64,000 nucleotides of DNA from Alphaproteobacteria bacterium (lineage in GTDB: Bacteria; Pseudomonadota; Alphaproteobacteria; SP197). Position 1 is the first letter of the stretch. Each line of letters opens with the position of its first letter. Below the pieces are notes generated by a model. That model did no database searches. It worked only from the letters and a program-made list of their open reading frames with translations, and was not told the DNA's origin. The stretch is taken from contig OZ219747.1 of NCBI GenBank assembly GCA_964291265.2, positions 32,001-96,000 of the forward strand, in the 5' to 3' direction. The position numbers and the translations under genes are program-made. Shown one piece after another: positions 19,462-29,174 of this stretch.

Positions 19462-20076
19462 CTATGTCATCGCACTACAGGCACTCTCTGCGGGCGGCGA
19501 CAGACCATCGACGATCCTGCAGAAGCCGGTCCACGGCATGAGCCAGACCAGGCTCCGCAGAAGGCGCGATCGAAACGATCCGCCGCGCATCAAGCGCACC
19601 AGGGCCACAAGCGGAGGCTCGTCCGCCTCCACCGCCAGATCGCCACGTTTCCAGCGCCACGCCGCCGTCGCCGGGAACCTCTCCCGCCACCATCGACGCC
19701 ACCGGCCAAGCGTCCTCTCCGGGATGCCAGACATGCGGCTCGCCTTCGCCAGGGGAACACTGCCGCACAGAACCAGGAGGCTCGCAGCCAGGTATACCGG
19801 CGCCGCACGGAACCTCCGGCCGAAGAAGCGCACCGAGGGCGGAGTCGTCCGGCTCCTGCACTCAGCACAGCAGAAGCTGAAACGGCGGTTGTCGCCGCGA
19901 AGAGCAGGCGCAAGCGCGTGCGGCTTGCGCGGATACCGCGCGCTGTGAAGACGACCGCCGCAATGCGGGCATCCCTCCAGGCGGCAGCGCTCCGCCTCGG
20001 CCGCATCAATCCTCTCAAGGAGAGGCCAGACATGAGCGCAGGAAAGTATGGGACCCGGGAAGGAAACGTGCGACAT
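19462..20076 (-). CDS. Zn-ribbon/HTH transposon accessory protein (DUF6431-like)
   Basis: GCPHCGGRLHSARYPRKP, RFSFCCAECRSRTTPPSVRF, GIPERTLGRWRRWWRE; directly upstream of transposase. Confidence 0.7.
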   Translation of the reverse strand: MSHVSFPGPILSCAHVWPLLERIDAAEAERCRLEGCPHCGGRLHSARYPRKPHALAPALRGDNRRFSFCCAECRSRTTPPSVRFFGRRFRAAPVYLAASLLVLCGSVPLAKASRMSGIPERTLGRWRRWWRERFPATAAWRWKRGDLAVEADEPPLVALVRLMRGGSFRSRLLRSLVWLMPWTGFCRIVDGLSPPAESACSAMT

Positions 20077-20113
20077 TGACTGGCCTCCGGTGATCTCACC
20101 GTCACGGAGACAA

Positions 20114-20150
20114 GCCCCTCGGCCGACTTCTTGCAAGTCGGTCGAGGGGC
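20114..20150. other. Strong 16-bp-stem hairpin upstream of element A first gene
   Basis: GCCCCTCGGCCGACTT-cttgc-AAGTCGGTCGAGGGGC, 15/16 complementary. Confidence 0.7.
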
Positions 20151-20286
20151 AATCACCCCAGACCAGCAGACAATTCAAGCAAAACCGACGGAATCCACGT
20201 CAAAAATCGCGCAAACGCTTAGCACCCTATACCCCTGGCCTGCCATGGCTCCATGGCGCAGGACGAATCACCTGGAGAGGAATGCA

Positions 20287-21153
20287 GTGAGCGAACGCGC
20301 CAGGGGACTGACGATCACCACACTGGCCATGCTGGTGATCACGCCCGATGTCCTGCTGATACGACTGATCGACACCGATCCCTGGACACTGGCCTTCTGG
20401 CGCGGGCTCCTGTCCGCCGCCGGACTCGTCGTCGGGCTCATGGCCGTCTACCGTCGCCGAGCTGTGGAGGTCATGCTGGCGCCCGGTGTTTCAGGTCTCG
20501 TGATCGGCATCCTCTTCGGCGTCGGCACCGTCGCCTTTGTCTGGGCCATCACCCATACCTCGGCTGCCAGCGCCCTGCTGATCATCGCCACCGGCAGCAT
20601 GTTCGGTGCGGCGTTTTCCTGGCTTCTCATGCGCGAAAGGCTGCCGATCCACACCATCGGCGCAATGATCGGGACCTTCGCCGGACTGCTGATCATCGTC
20701 TCCGGGGAAGCCGGCGCCGGCTCCTCCCTGGAGGGCGATCTTTCCGCCCTCGTTGTGGCCGCGCTCTCGGGCCTGACCTTCGCCCTCATCCGCAAACACA
20801 GGATGACGGACATGGTTCCCACCCTGGCCATCGGCGGTCTCGTCACAGCGACCATCGCCGCGGCCGTCTCCTTGCCGGTGGCCGTCGGCACGGGAGATGC
20901 CCGCCTGATCGCCGTCATGGGGTTCATCATGCTCCCTCTTGCCTTCGCCCTGCAGTTCATCGGCGCCCGCTACATTCCGGCCCCGGAAGTCCTGCTCCTC
21001 TTCCTGCTGGAGGCGGTCCTGGCGCCCGTTCTCGTGTGGGCGGTGATCGGTGAGGAACCCGCCGGCACCACACTCCTGGGCGGACTGGTGATTCTTGCCA
21101 CACTGGCCTCGCACGCCGTCTGGAGCCTGCGCTGCAAGGTCCTGTCCGGATGA
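20287..21153 (+). CDS. DMT/EamA family transporter
   Basis: ~10 TM segments, LMRERL, LLEAVLAPVLVWAVIGEEP motifs; GTG start after GGAGAGG. Confidence 0.9.
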   Translation: MSERARGLTITTLAMLVITPDVLLIRLIDTDPWTLAFWRGLLSAAGLVVGLMAVYRRRAVEVMLAPGVSGLVIGILFGVGTVAFVWAITHTSAASALLIIATGSMFGAAFSWLLMRERLPIHTIGAMIGTFAGLLIIVSGEAGAGSSLEGDLSALVVAALSGLTFALIRKHRMTDMVPTLAIGGLVTATIAAAVSLPVAVGTGDARLIAVMGFIMLPLAFALQFIGARYIPAPEVLLLFLLEAVLAPVLVWAVIGEEPAGTTLLGGLVILATLASHAVWSLRCKVLSG

Positions 21154-21579
21154 CCCGACCGGCGTTGTCAATCGGAACCGACGGGACACCATCAGCAAGA
21201 CAGGTCCGCGGAACGTCCGGACGTGTGACTGAATCCCGCTCAAGTCCATGCCATGGTCCTGCAACATGGCAAGGGCCGGCCGGCTCACGCCACGGTGGCT
21301 TGCGAGGGCGTCCATGCTCCGGGGTGACGCGTCGGAGTCTTGTCGAATGGGGCAAGGCAGTCACAACCGGCATCCGGCGATGCCCGGAGAGTCATGCAAT
21401 CGGGCAAGCCCGGCACCACCAGCCGCCTGGCGCGACACGACACTGCCGACTCGACCCGCCTCCTCCATCACCACGTCACGCGACGCCAGCAATCCCTCGA
21501 TGGCGGGCACGATGTCTCTGCGGGACATCCCGCAGGCGCGTTCAAGCGCCCGGATCATTTCCCCAGGTACGTCACGGCG

Positions 21580-23246
21580 GGGTGTGAGTCTAGTATGGCA
21601 GTTATGTTATGGTCTTAAGTTATGGACTTAGTTCCATTGTTTCATCTCATGCGGCCAGCGCCGGGGTGTGATGTGGGCTGATGTTGTCGTTGGCTGGTGC
21701 GTTGTCGCCCTCGATCATGGCGGTCCACGCGCTTTCGAAGCGGCCGGATTTGATGAGGGCGCGGAAGGTGAGAACGGCTTGTCCGCCGACGATGCGCCAG
21801 CGCATGCCGGAGCGCTTCATGCGCTGTGTGACGAGGGTCTTGTTGGCTGCCTCGACAAGTCCCGAGCCGATGGCGATCCCCTGTTGCTTCAGTGCGTGGT
21901 AGCGCATGCGGTGGCGATGCTTGCGGAAGAAGGCCAGTTCCCTGTCGATGTCGGCTCGGCCCGCCGGCTTGGCGGTGTCGCGAAGGTGGCGCAGCGCCCG
22001 GATCACCCTGTCGATGCCGCAGGGGTCGTGACGCAGGATCTCGCGGTACTTCTCGAACCAGTGGGGCGCCGCTGCATGGTCGGCCACCACGCGCAGATGC
22101 TCGCAGGCATGCCAGAAGTCGATCACCTCGGTTTCGGGTTCAAGACCAGAGAGGAAGGTCCAGTTGTCGGCGGCGGCGGCGGCGATGGCGCTGATCCTGA
22201 TCTCGGGACGCTCACGCCTGATATGCGCGACCTCGCTTGCCAGCTGCGCCTTCAGCGTGCACTTGCCGCGCTCGGGCATGCGGCCGAGATAGACGGTCTT
22301 CAGGCGCTCACCGTCGGCGTCGTGGAAGGAGACTGTGCCACAGGCCGCCTCGCGCCAGCAGGCCTCGCTACGGCCGTCCTCGCCGGCCCGCAGCGCCACC
22401 ATGACGCCGTCGAGCGAGACCGAGGCGGTGACCGCGTCCTGCGGAATGTCCTCGGCTTCCCGGATGCCATCCAGGGCCTGCGGGCCGAGACCTTCCCAAC
22501 GCTCCTGCATGGTCAGGCTCAAGCGCTGCAAGGTGCTCACAGACGGCGTCATGGCGCCGAGCTTGCCGAAGAACGCCTCCGCTTCCCGCGCCGTGCAGTG
22601 GACCATCATCATCAGCCCAAGCTGAGCCGCCGGCCGTGTCAGGTAGTCGTCGACGAGGCCCAGGCTTTCGTCCACCGGCATCAGCGACCGGCGGTGCCCG
22701 CCGGTGCGGTAGCGCGCACGCCGAAAGGTCACCGGGCCGAGCGAGGTCATGATCGTCTTCGGCGTCGGCGCCACACGGAACCAGTTCTGCCCGTCCCGCT
22801 CGATCCGGGGCGCACCGTCGTCCCGGGCCTCGGCACAGGCACCCAGGATCTCGCAGCCAAGCGCGTGCACGCTCTCAAGCACCCGCCGCTCCGCTTCCTC
22901 GAAGGCCTCGGCAGAGCGCTCTGAACCGAGCTGCCGATGACACACCGCGGTCACTTGCGTGACCGCTTCGACAACCCGAGGCGGCAAGCCGGAAAGATCG
23001 ATGGACGCGGAAGGCCGAAGCTGTGACACTGACATGGGAGCGCTCCTGATGTTGTGGGTTGAAGCCAGCATCATATCGCATCTTGCGGTGCGGAGCGTTC
23101 CCGCATCCACCGCCAAGCCCTGCTGTCGTGACAAAATCCGGTCCTGAAACGGGCAATTGTCACGAAACCCCGTTTTCGCCGCTCCATCGCGACCGCACAA
23201 CCGTGATAAATCAATGACTTGGCTTCGCCATACGAGAACTACACCC
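21580..23246 (-). mobile_element. ISKra4/ISLre2-like insertion sequence, 1667 bp
   Basis: TIRs GGGTGTGAGTCTAGTATGGC / GGGTGTAGTTCTCGTATGGC; 8-bp TSD TCACGGCG at 21572-21579 and 23247-23254. Confidence 0.9.
21647..23035 (-). CDS. ISKra4-like DDE transposase
   Basis: VSLDGVMV, IDFWHACEHL, IGSGLVEAANK, QRMKRSGMRW motifs. Confidence 0.9.
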   Translation of the reverse strand: MSVSQLRPSASIDLSGLPPRVVEAVTQVTAVCHRQLGSERSAEAFEEAERRVLESVHALGCEILGACAEARDDGAPRIERDGQNWFRVAPTPKTIMTSLGPVTFRRARYRTGGHRRSLMPVDESLGLVDDYLTRPAAQLGLMMMVHCTAREAEAFFGKLGAMTPSVSTLQRLSLTMQERWEGLGPQALDGIREAEDIPQDAVTASVSLDGVMVALRAGEDGRSEACWREAACGTVSFHDADGERLKTVYLGRMPERGKCTLKAQLASEVAHIRRERPEIRISAIAAAAADNWTFLSGLEPETEVIDFWHACEHLRVVADHAAAPHWFEKYREILRHDPCGIDRVIRALRHLRDTAKPAGRADIDRELAFFRKHRHRMRYHALKQQGIAIGSGLVEAANKTLVTQRMKRSGMRWRIVGGQAVLTFRALIKSGRFESAWTAMIEGDNAPANDNISPHHTPALAA

Positions 23247-23726
23247 TCACGGCGGCTGAGTCCGGGGTCGCGCTCCGCAAGGCCTTCGATCAGGTCAGTC
23301 GCTGCCTGACCCTGTCTCTTGTCACCCTGAACCAGGACCTTGGTAACAGGCCCGATCACTCGCACGCACAGGCGGCAACGGCCTCATCCACCCGCCAAGG
23401 CTGACGTCTGTCCGACGGGAATCCGCGACACTGGTCGACGCGAATGCGGTCTGCCACATGATGCGGCCGCGGTCCGACCCGCAGGTCGCCGCCTTCAGCG
23501 CAACTCCGGCATACGCGATTCGCCCGTATTCGCCAGGATCCGCTCAAGCCTCATGGAACGCCCGCCAGTCAGGCGCCTCGCACGACAAGGCCGCCGGCGG
23601 CAGACACAGGCCGCCGCCCGTCAGCTGCAGGGCCGCATCCCGCGGTTCGTCGAAAGCACCCCATGGCCTCGATCATGAACGAGATCGTGTGATCAGTCTG
23701 TTGGCAGATGCTCAGAGGGACCGGAA

Positions 23727-23882
23727 TCAGCCGTCAGTGCATGACCGCACGCCGGCCAGCCGCACCTCGCCACCATCGAGCAGGATGCACCTGATTCGGT
23801 CGCCGGCCGACAGGTCTGGCGCAACCCGCACGCCCTTCGGCAAGGCGGCCTCTCCCTTGACAGTCACTGTCGATTCCTGCAC
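23727..23882 (-). pseudogene. AbrB/MazE-type antitoxin remnant
   Basis: Manual translation VQESTVTVKGEAALPKGVRVAPDLSAGDRIRCILLDGGEVRL; upstream of the vapC remnant. Confidence 0.6.
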
Positions 23883-23991
23883 GTGACGTACCGTTTCCAG
23901 AATCGATATCGCAGTGCAATGGCACGCGTCACCTGACCTGCGCCCTCACGTCGCCTGGCGGGGCAGGACACCGTTCTCGCCGCCGCACTCC

Positions 23992-25182
23992 TCATGTCAC
24001 CGGCACGGTTTCCGGTTCGAGGTGGAGGTGGTCATCGGTGTAGGGATGGGCACGCGCCACATCCTCGTCGAGTTCGACTCCGATTCCGGGTGCGTCCGGC
24101 GGGATGACATGACCTTCCTCCCAGCGCATCGGGGACTTGAGGATTCTGGCGTGGAAACCATCCCAGCGGCGGATGCTCTCGAGTATCAGGAAGTTGGGCG
24201 ACGCCGTGGCAATCTGAACATTGGCAGCACCCTCGATCGGCCCGCAGTAGAGATGGGGCGCGATCTGGGCGTAGTGCGCCTCTGCCATGCCGGCGATCTT
24301 CTTTGCTTCCAGAAGGCCCCCCACCCGGCCGAGCGCCATCTGCAGGATCGAGGCCGCGCCGCTTGTCAGCACGCGGGCGAACTCGTGCTTCGTTGCCAGC
24401 CGCTCGCCGGTGGCGATCGGAATGGTCGTCGAGCGGGCAACACGGGCCATCTCCTCCGGCATTTCCGCGGCCACCGGTTCCTCGAACCAGAGCGGATCGT
24501 ACGGTTCGAGCCTGCGGGCGAGGCGGATGGCCCCCGACGGCGTGAACTGTCCATGGGTGCCGAAAAGCAGGTCCGCCTTCGTGCCCACGGCCTCGCGCAG
24601 CGCTCTCACGAAGGCTTCCGAAAGCGCCATTCGCTCCAGGGAAGGCTGACGCGGATCGAAGACGCTGTAGGGTCCGGCGGGGTCGAACTTCACCGCGGTG
24701 AATCCCTCGCGCACGTAGGTGGCGGCCCGTTCGGCGGCGACATCCGGATCGGCGTAGACGGCCTCCTCGTCGTCCCCGACGGCCGGATAGAGGTAGGTAT
24801 AGCTGCGCAACCGTTCGTGCACCTTGCCGCCAAGCAGCATGTAGACCGGCTTCGACGTCGCCTTGCCGATGATGTCCCAGCAGGCGATCTCGAGGCCCGA
24901 CATGACCGCCAACAGGGAGATCTCGGGACGCATGCTGTAGCCGCCGCCATACATTCGACGCCACAAGGTCTCGATGTTGAAGGGATTCTCGCCCATCACA
25001 TGACGCATGGCGATATCCTCCACCATGACCGCCACCACGTGGGGCGAGAAACTGGCCGCGTAGACCTCCCCGTAGCCGACAATGCCGTCATCGGTCACCA
25101 ACTTGACGAAGACGAAGAAGCGGCCACCGAAATGCGGCGGCGGATTGCCCACAACGAACGTCTCGATCTCCGCGATTTTCAT
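23992..25182 (-). CDS. Mandelate racemase/muconate lactonizing enzyme family protein
   Basis: VKLVTDDGIVGYGE, EIACWDIIGK, GTHGQF, WFEEP, IATGER, PGIGVELD. Confidence 0.92.
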   Translation of the reverse strand: MKIAEIETFVVGNPPPHFGGRFFVFVKLVTDDGIVGYGEVYAASFSPHVVAVMVEDIAMRHVMGENPFNIETLWRRMYGGGYSMRPEISLLAVMSGLEIACWDIIGKATSKPVYMLLGGKVHERLRSYTYLYPAVGDDEEAVYADPDVAAERAATYVREGFTAVKFDPAGPYSVFDPRQPSLERMALSEAFVRALREAVGTKADLLFGTHGQFTPSGAIRLARRLEPYDPLWFEEPVAAEMPEEMARVARSTTIPIATGERLATKHEFARVLTSGAASILQMALGRVGGLLEAKKIAGMAEAHYAQIAPHLYCGPIEGAANVQIATASPNFLILESIRRWDGFHARILKSPMRWEEGHVIPPDAPGIGVELDEDVARAHPYTDDHLHLEPETVPVT

Positions 25183-25212
25183 GGGTAACGTCCCTTCTCA
25201 GGTGATGCCGCC

Positions 25213-26394
25213 ATGATGCGGACACCGTCGGCCGACTCAAGCGAGGCAATCCGCACGATGGATCCCCGAGCCGCGATCATCGCCGATCTCCGGCGTGTGA
25301 CACCGCCTGCCAGCCGTTCGCCGACACTGCCTCCGGCGGTCTACACCGATCCGGACGTGGTCACACTGGAACGCGACCGGCTGTTCCGCAGCGGGTGGGT
25401 GGGTTGCGGCCGCAGCGACCGATGGCCATCCGCTGGTTCGTGCGCTCCGGTCGATATCGCCGGCGCACCGGTCCTGATCACCAGGGACAGGAAGGGCACA
25501 CTCCATGCCTTCGCCAATTCCTGCCGCCACCGCGGCACGGAACTCGTGGGCGAATCATGCCGCCTCGCCCGCATCGTCTGCCCGTTTCATGCATGGACCT
25601 ACACCCTCGACGGCCGCCTGGTGGCGGCGCCCCGCATGGAGTCGGCCTCCGGCTTCGACATGGCGGACCACGGTCTGCGCGCCTACCACGTGACAGAGCG
25701 GGCGGGATTCGTCTTCGTCAGCCTCGACGCGGCGCCCTGCTCGATCGACGACTGGCTCGGTGACTTCGAGGCGGTGCACGCGCCCTGGCCCCTCGATCGG
25801 CTCGTCACCACGCGCCGCCTGGAACGCGACATTCCCTGCAACTGGAAACTCTTCCTGGAGGTCTTCAACGAGTACTACCACCTGGGCAGCGTCCACCGGC
25901 AGACCTTCGGCGCCCTCTACGCCGAACCCGATCCGCCGGACTCGGTATCCGGCAACTTCACATCGCAGTTCGGCACGACATCGGGAACCGGAGCCCTGAA
26001 GTCCGGCGACCAGGATCACGCTCTCGACCCCATGCCGGGGCTCAGCGGGCGCCACCTCTCGGGCACGCGCTACACGTGGATCTATCCGAACATGACGTTT
26101 GCCGTCGGCAGGGACGCGATGTGGATGCTGGAAGCCTGGCCTCGGGGTGCGGACTCATGCCGTGCCGTCATGTCCGTGTGCTTTCCCGAGGCGACGCGCA
26201 CGGCACCGGGGTTCAAGCGGGCTTCCCTGCACTACTATCGGCGCATGGATGAAGCCATGGACGAGGACATCGACGTCCTCGGAAAGCAACAAGGCGGCAT
26301 GGCGTCACCCGACGCCGTTCCGGGCCGTTTCTCGGCACTGGAACCGTCGCTGGCCAACTTTGCCTTCTGGTATGCAGCCCTGCTGGCTGCCTGA
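25213..26394 (+). CDS. Rieske non-heme iron oxygenase alpha subunit
   Basis: NSCRHRG...CPFHAWTY Rieske motif; NWKLFLEVFNEYYHLGSVH; EDIDVL. Confidence 0.9.
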   Translation: MMRTPSADSSEAIRTMDPRAAIIADLRRVTPPASRSPTLPPAVYTDPDVVTLERDRLFRSGWVGCGRSDRWPSAGSCAPVDIAGAPVLITRDRKGTLHAFANSCRHRGTELVGESCRLARIVCPFHAWTYTLDGRLVAAPRMESASGFDMADHGLRAYHVTERAGFVFVSLDAAPCSIDDWLGDFEAVHAPWPLDRLVTTRRLERDIPCNWKLFLEVFNEYYHLGSVHRQTFGALYAEPDPPDSVSGNFTSQFGTTSGTGALKSGDQDHALDPMPGLSGRHLSGTRYTWIYPNMTFAVGRDAMWMLEAWPRGADSCRAVMSVCFPEATRTAPGFKRASLHYYRRMDEAMDEDIDVLGKQQGGMASPDAVPGRFSALEPSLANFAFWYAALLAA

Positions 26395-26398
26395 GCCG

Positions 26399-26683
26399 TC
26401 AGCGACGGCGATTGCGGGGGAACCTGCGGGGATTGGCCCCGGGCACACGCGCCGTGGTGCTTTCGTCCTTGTGACGGAAATTGATGCGCGCCTTCGTGAG
26501 GTCGTAGGGCGTCATCTCGACCGTGACGCGGTCACCCGTCAACACACGGATCCTGGCCTTGCGCATGCGGCCTGACGTGTAGGCCATCACCTTGTGGCCA
26601 TTGTCGAGCTCTACCCGAAAATGGGCGTCGGGAAGAACCTCCGTCACGACGCCATCGGCTTCTATCAGATCCTCTTTCGACAT
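26399..26683 (-). CDS. infA: Translation initiation factor IF-1
   Basis: [30 protein letters not shown]...[21 protein letters not shown]. Confidence 0.97.
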   Translation of the reverse strand: MSKEDLIEADGVVTEVLPDAHFRVELDNGHKVMAYTSGRMRKARIRVLTGDRVTVEMTPYDLTKARINFRHKDESTTARVPGANPRRFPRNRRR

Positions 26684-27047
26684 GCAGAACTCCCTTGTGG
26701 TGACCACGTTCCACCCTTCCGGAGGCACGGCAAGGCGGGGTTTCCTGCTCCATGTGGACCAAAGACCGGCGAAGTGCAAGCGTCAGGGATCACACGACCG
26801 GACCTGCAACGGTCTCGACCCCGCGTCTTGACAAGCCGGTTCCAGGCAAGGCAAACACCCGGCGGGCATGCGAGATCGTCGGCATGCTCAAACTTTTTGC
26901 TTGTCTGTTACAGAATTTGGTTCACTATGGGGGAGTCCGCGGCAACCGGAGTCCTTGATCGCTTGCCTGCCGGAAGCCTGTCCTGTCCGACGAGGAGTCC
27001 CGTGACCACAACAGCAGCGGGAGTGGACACGTTGCAACATTGGAACA

Positions 27048-27584
27048 ATGCGCATGTCTGACGAGTATGAACCGGGATCCCCGGGCAGCCGTCTCAACGT
27101 CTCGGCCACCGTCAAGTGGTACAATTCGACGAAGGGATTCGGTTTCGTTCAGGTCAATCCCGACGAACCTGATGTATTTATCCATGCCTCCGCCGTGACC
27201 CAGGCCGGCCTGAGTGATATCCCCAACGGTGCCACCATCGAGTGTGACATCATCCGCACGGAGCGGGGATTCCAGGTTTCCAACCTTCACAAGGTCGACG
27301 TATCGACGGCGGAACAGATGCCTCCCCGTGATCGAGGCAGGGGGCCCCGCGAATGGCAGGGCTCCTATGATGACGAGCACGAGACCGACGGCACGGTGAA
27401 GTTCTTCGATACCAACAGGGGTTTCGGCTTCATCGTTCCCGACGACAGTGACCGTGACATCTTTCTTCCCGGACGCATCGTCACGAGAGCCGGCATTCCG
27501 ATGCTGGAATCCAACCAACGGGTGCGGGTCCGCTGGCGCGAGGGTGATCGGGGGCCTCTGGCAACGTGGGTGGAGCCTGAATGA
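27048..27584 (+). CDS. Cold-shock protein with two CSD domains
   Basis: TVKWYNSTKGFGF...DVFIH and GTVKFFDTNRGFGFI...DIFL. Confidence 0.92.
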   Translation: MRMSDEYEPGSPGSRLNVSATVKWYNSTKGFGFVQVNPDEPDVFIHASAVTQAGLSDIPNGATIECDIIRTERGFQVSNLHKVDVSTAEQMPPRDRGRGPREWQGSYDDEHETDGTVKFFDTNRGFGFIVPDDSDRDIFLPGRIVTRAGIPMLESNQRVRVRWREGDRGPLATWVEPE

Positions 27585-27623
27585 GCCGGCATTCCGGTCC
27601 TCAGTCACACCCGTCCCGGAGGT

Positions 27624-28742
27624 TCAGGGATCACCCATGGCGCTCAGCCATTTCGCCTGGAAGTCATGCACGGCATGCTCGCTGTACTGGCTGCGCCCGG
27701 GGTCGACGATGAACCGGCCCTGACGGTAGCCGAGAGAGTGCAGTCCCTGTTGCACGCTCTCGCACAACGGGATGTCCTCGAGGCGCACTTCGTGCACGAA
27801 GTCGATGATCTCCTGCTCTTCGGCGGTCGGTGTCGATTGCGGGAAATACCACTCGCAGCGTTGCACCGTTTTCTCAGGCCCGAGGGGAACATGGTGGAAC
27901 ACGGTCAGATTGCCCCCGGGGTAGGCCTCGCACACCCAGTTGGGCCACAATAGCCAGCTGGCAAAGTTCTCCGGCTTCGCCGCCCCCCTCGTAACCGACC
28001 GGTAGGCCACGTTCTTCTCGACCGAATGGTGGGCGTGGTGATGGTCATGGGTCGCGATGCGGTAGCTTTCCCAGTCAATCGCCTGCTCGATCAGCGAACG
28101 GTGCTGGTTCGGGCAGTGGAAGCACTCATCATAATTCTCCACGGAGTTCTTCCAGTTGGCCTTGAGAGGGTACTCGCTGCGGTCGGCGCACTTCAGTTCC
28201 GCCGCCATGGGAGAGAAGGACGCGATCTCGGATTCGAGCGCTGCCGCCACCTCACCGAAGGGCGGTGCGTTGCCATCGAGGTTGACGAAGAGGAAGCCCA
28301 GCATCTCGCCGACAGGGACTTCCTCCAGGTGGTACGCCGAAGCATCGAAGCTGGCCATGCGTTCACTGCCCCGCGCCGTGCGCAGGGCGCCGCTCTGATC
28401 ATAGGCCCAGTTGTGATAGGGGCAGGTGATGATCGGGCCAAGACGACCCTCTCCCTCAAGCAGGCGGTGGGCACGGTGCTGGCAGACATTGAAAAAGGCC
28501 TTGATCTCGCCCTTCGCGTCGCGCAGCACGACCACGCTCTGATCGACGATGTCCCGCACGATGTAATTGCCGTTGTCCGGCACCATCGAGACATGCCCGA
28601 CATACTGCCAGGTGGCATGGAAGACCCGGCGTTTCTCACGTTCCCAGATCGCCGGATCGTGGTAGTAGGATGCCGACATCGTCTGGGATCGTTCCGGATC
28701 ATCCTGGAAGCCGGTGACCTGAAGAGCAGCAATCGCGGCCAT
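27624..28742 (-). CDS. Rieske oxygenase alpha subunit (carnitine/choline monooxygenase-like)
   Basis: NVCQHRAH...CPYHNWAY; ANWKNSVENYDECFHCPNQH; EDIPLCESVQQGLHSLGYRQG; SEHAVHDFQ. Confidence 0.88.
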   Translation of the reverse strand: MAAIAALQVTGFQDDPERSQTMSASYYHDPAIWEREKRRVFHATWQYVGHVSMVPDNGNYIVRDIVDQSVVVLRDAKGEIKAFFNVCQHRAHRLLEGEGRLGPIITCPYHNWAYDQSGALRTARGSERMASFDASAYHLEEVPVGEMLGFLFVNLDGNAPPFGEVAAALESEIASFSPMAAELKCADRSEYPLKANWKNSVENYDECFHCPNQHRSLIEQAIDWESYRIATHDHHHAHHSVEKNVAYRSVTRGAAKPENFASWLLWPNWVCEAYPGGNLTVFHHVPLGPEKTVQRCEWYFPQSTPTAEEQEIIDFVHEVRLEDIPLCESVQQGLHSLGYRQGRFIVDPGRSQYSEHAVHDFQAKWLSAMGDP

Positions 28743-28835
28743 GACGTTCCTCGTGAAGGTGGTGCGCAGTCTGGACATATACATCAACGCTGTCACTGTT
28801 CAATCTCCGGACAGCGCCTGTAGACTTCGGCCGCC

Positions 28836-29174
28836 ATGCACGACCCTGCCGGAATCGAACGCCTTCTGAAGAACCGGCTCGCCCGGATCGATGATGATCA
28901 GGCGACCACGGCCGGCGAACGCGCTCCGGTGATGCTCGATCAGTCCCGGGTCGGCCGGCTGTCGCGCATGGATGCCCTGCAGGTCCAGGCCATGGCCGAG
29001 GCACAGGAACGGCGGCGGCGCGCCGAGCGTCAGCGGACAGAAGCTGCCCTCGAGCGCCTGGCCGACGGCACCTGGGGCCTGTGCACCGAGTGCGGCGAGG
29101 CGATTGCCGGGGCCCGCCTCGACTTCGACCCCACCGTCGCCCTGTGCATACGCTGCGCCCGGGAGGCAGGATAA
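28836..29174 (+). CDS. TraR/DksA C4 zinc-finger protein
   Basis: VGRLSRMDALQ coiled-coil tip; WGLCTECGEAI...ALCIRCA. Confidence 0.88.
   Translation: MHDPAGIERLLKNRLARIDDDQATTAGERAPVMLDQSRVGRLSRMDALQVQAMAEAQERRRRAERQRTEAALERLADGTWGLCTECGEAIAGARLDFDPTVALCIRCAREAG

Larger units (their letters stand above)
15081..20224 (-). mobile_element. Element A: transposon with Zn-ribbon ORF, Mu/rve DDE transposase, ExeA-like ATPase, AAA_25 helicase-like ATPase and Toprim primase-like gene (ends approximate)
   Basis: Five co-oriented genes between divergent MFS and DMT genes; distinct strand composition; only weak end similarity (TGAGCTTTCGCGC at 15114 vs TAAGCGTTTGCGC on the minus strand near 20221); no TSD identified. 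Confidence 0.7.
21290..23359 (-). pseudogene. PIN/VapC toxin remnant split by the ISKra4-like IS
   Basis: 5' half VIGPVTKVLVQGDKRQGQAATDLIEGLAERDPGLSRR joins in frame across the TSD to DVPGEMIRALERACGMSRRDIVPAIEGLLASRDVVMEE; FDK near the end. Confidence 0.7.

Noticed and set aside
15153-20076. Element A as a Tn7/CAST or a prophage
   Set aside because: No TniQ/TnsD, Cas, capsid, terminase or tail genes
15050-20280. Exact TIR/TSD for element A (tested CACCT at ~15058 and ~20269, and TG...CA at 15081/20224)
   Set aside because: No pair gave both convincing inverted repeats and a matching duplication; ends left approximate
23036-23365. N-terminal extension making a 572-aa transposase
   Set aside because: Crosses the IS end and TSD into the vapC remnant; a chance in-frame fusion
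23360-23720. Possible additional TA remnant between abrB and vapC
   Set aside because: No motif recognized with confidence
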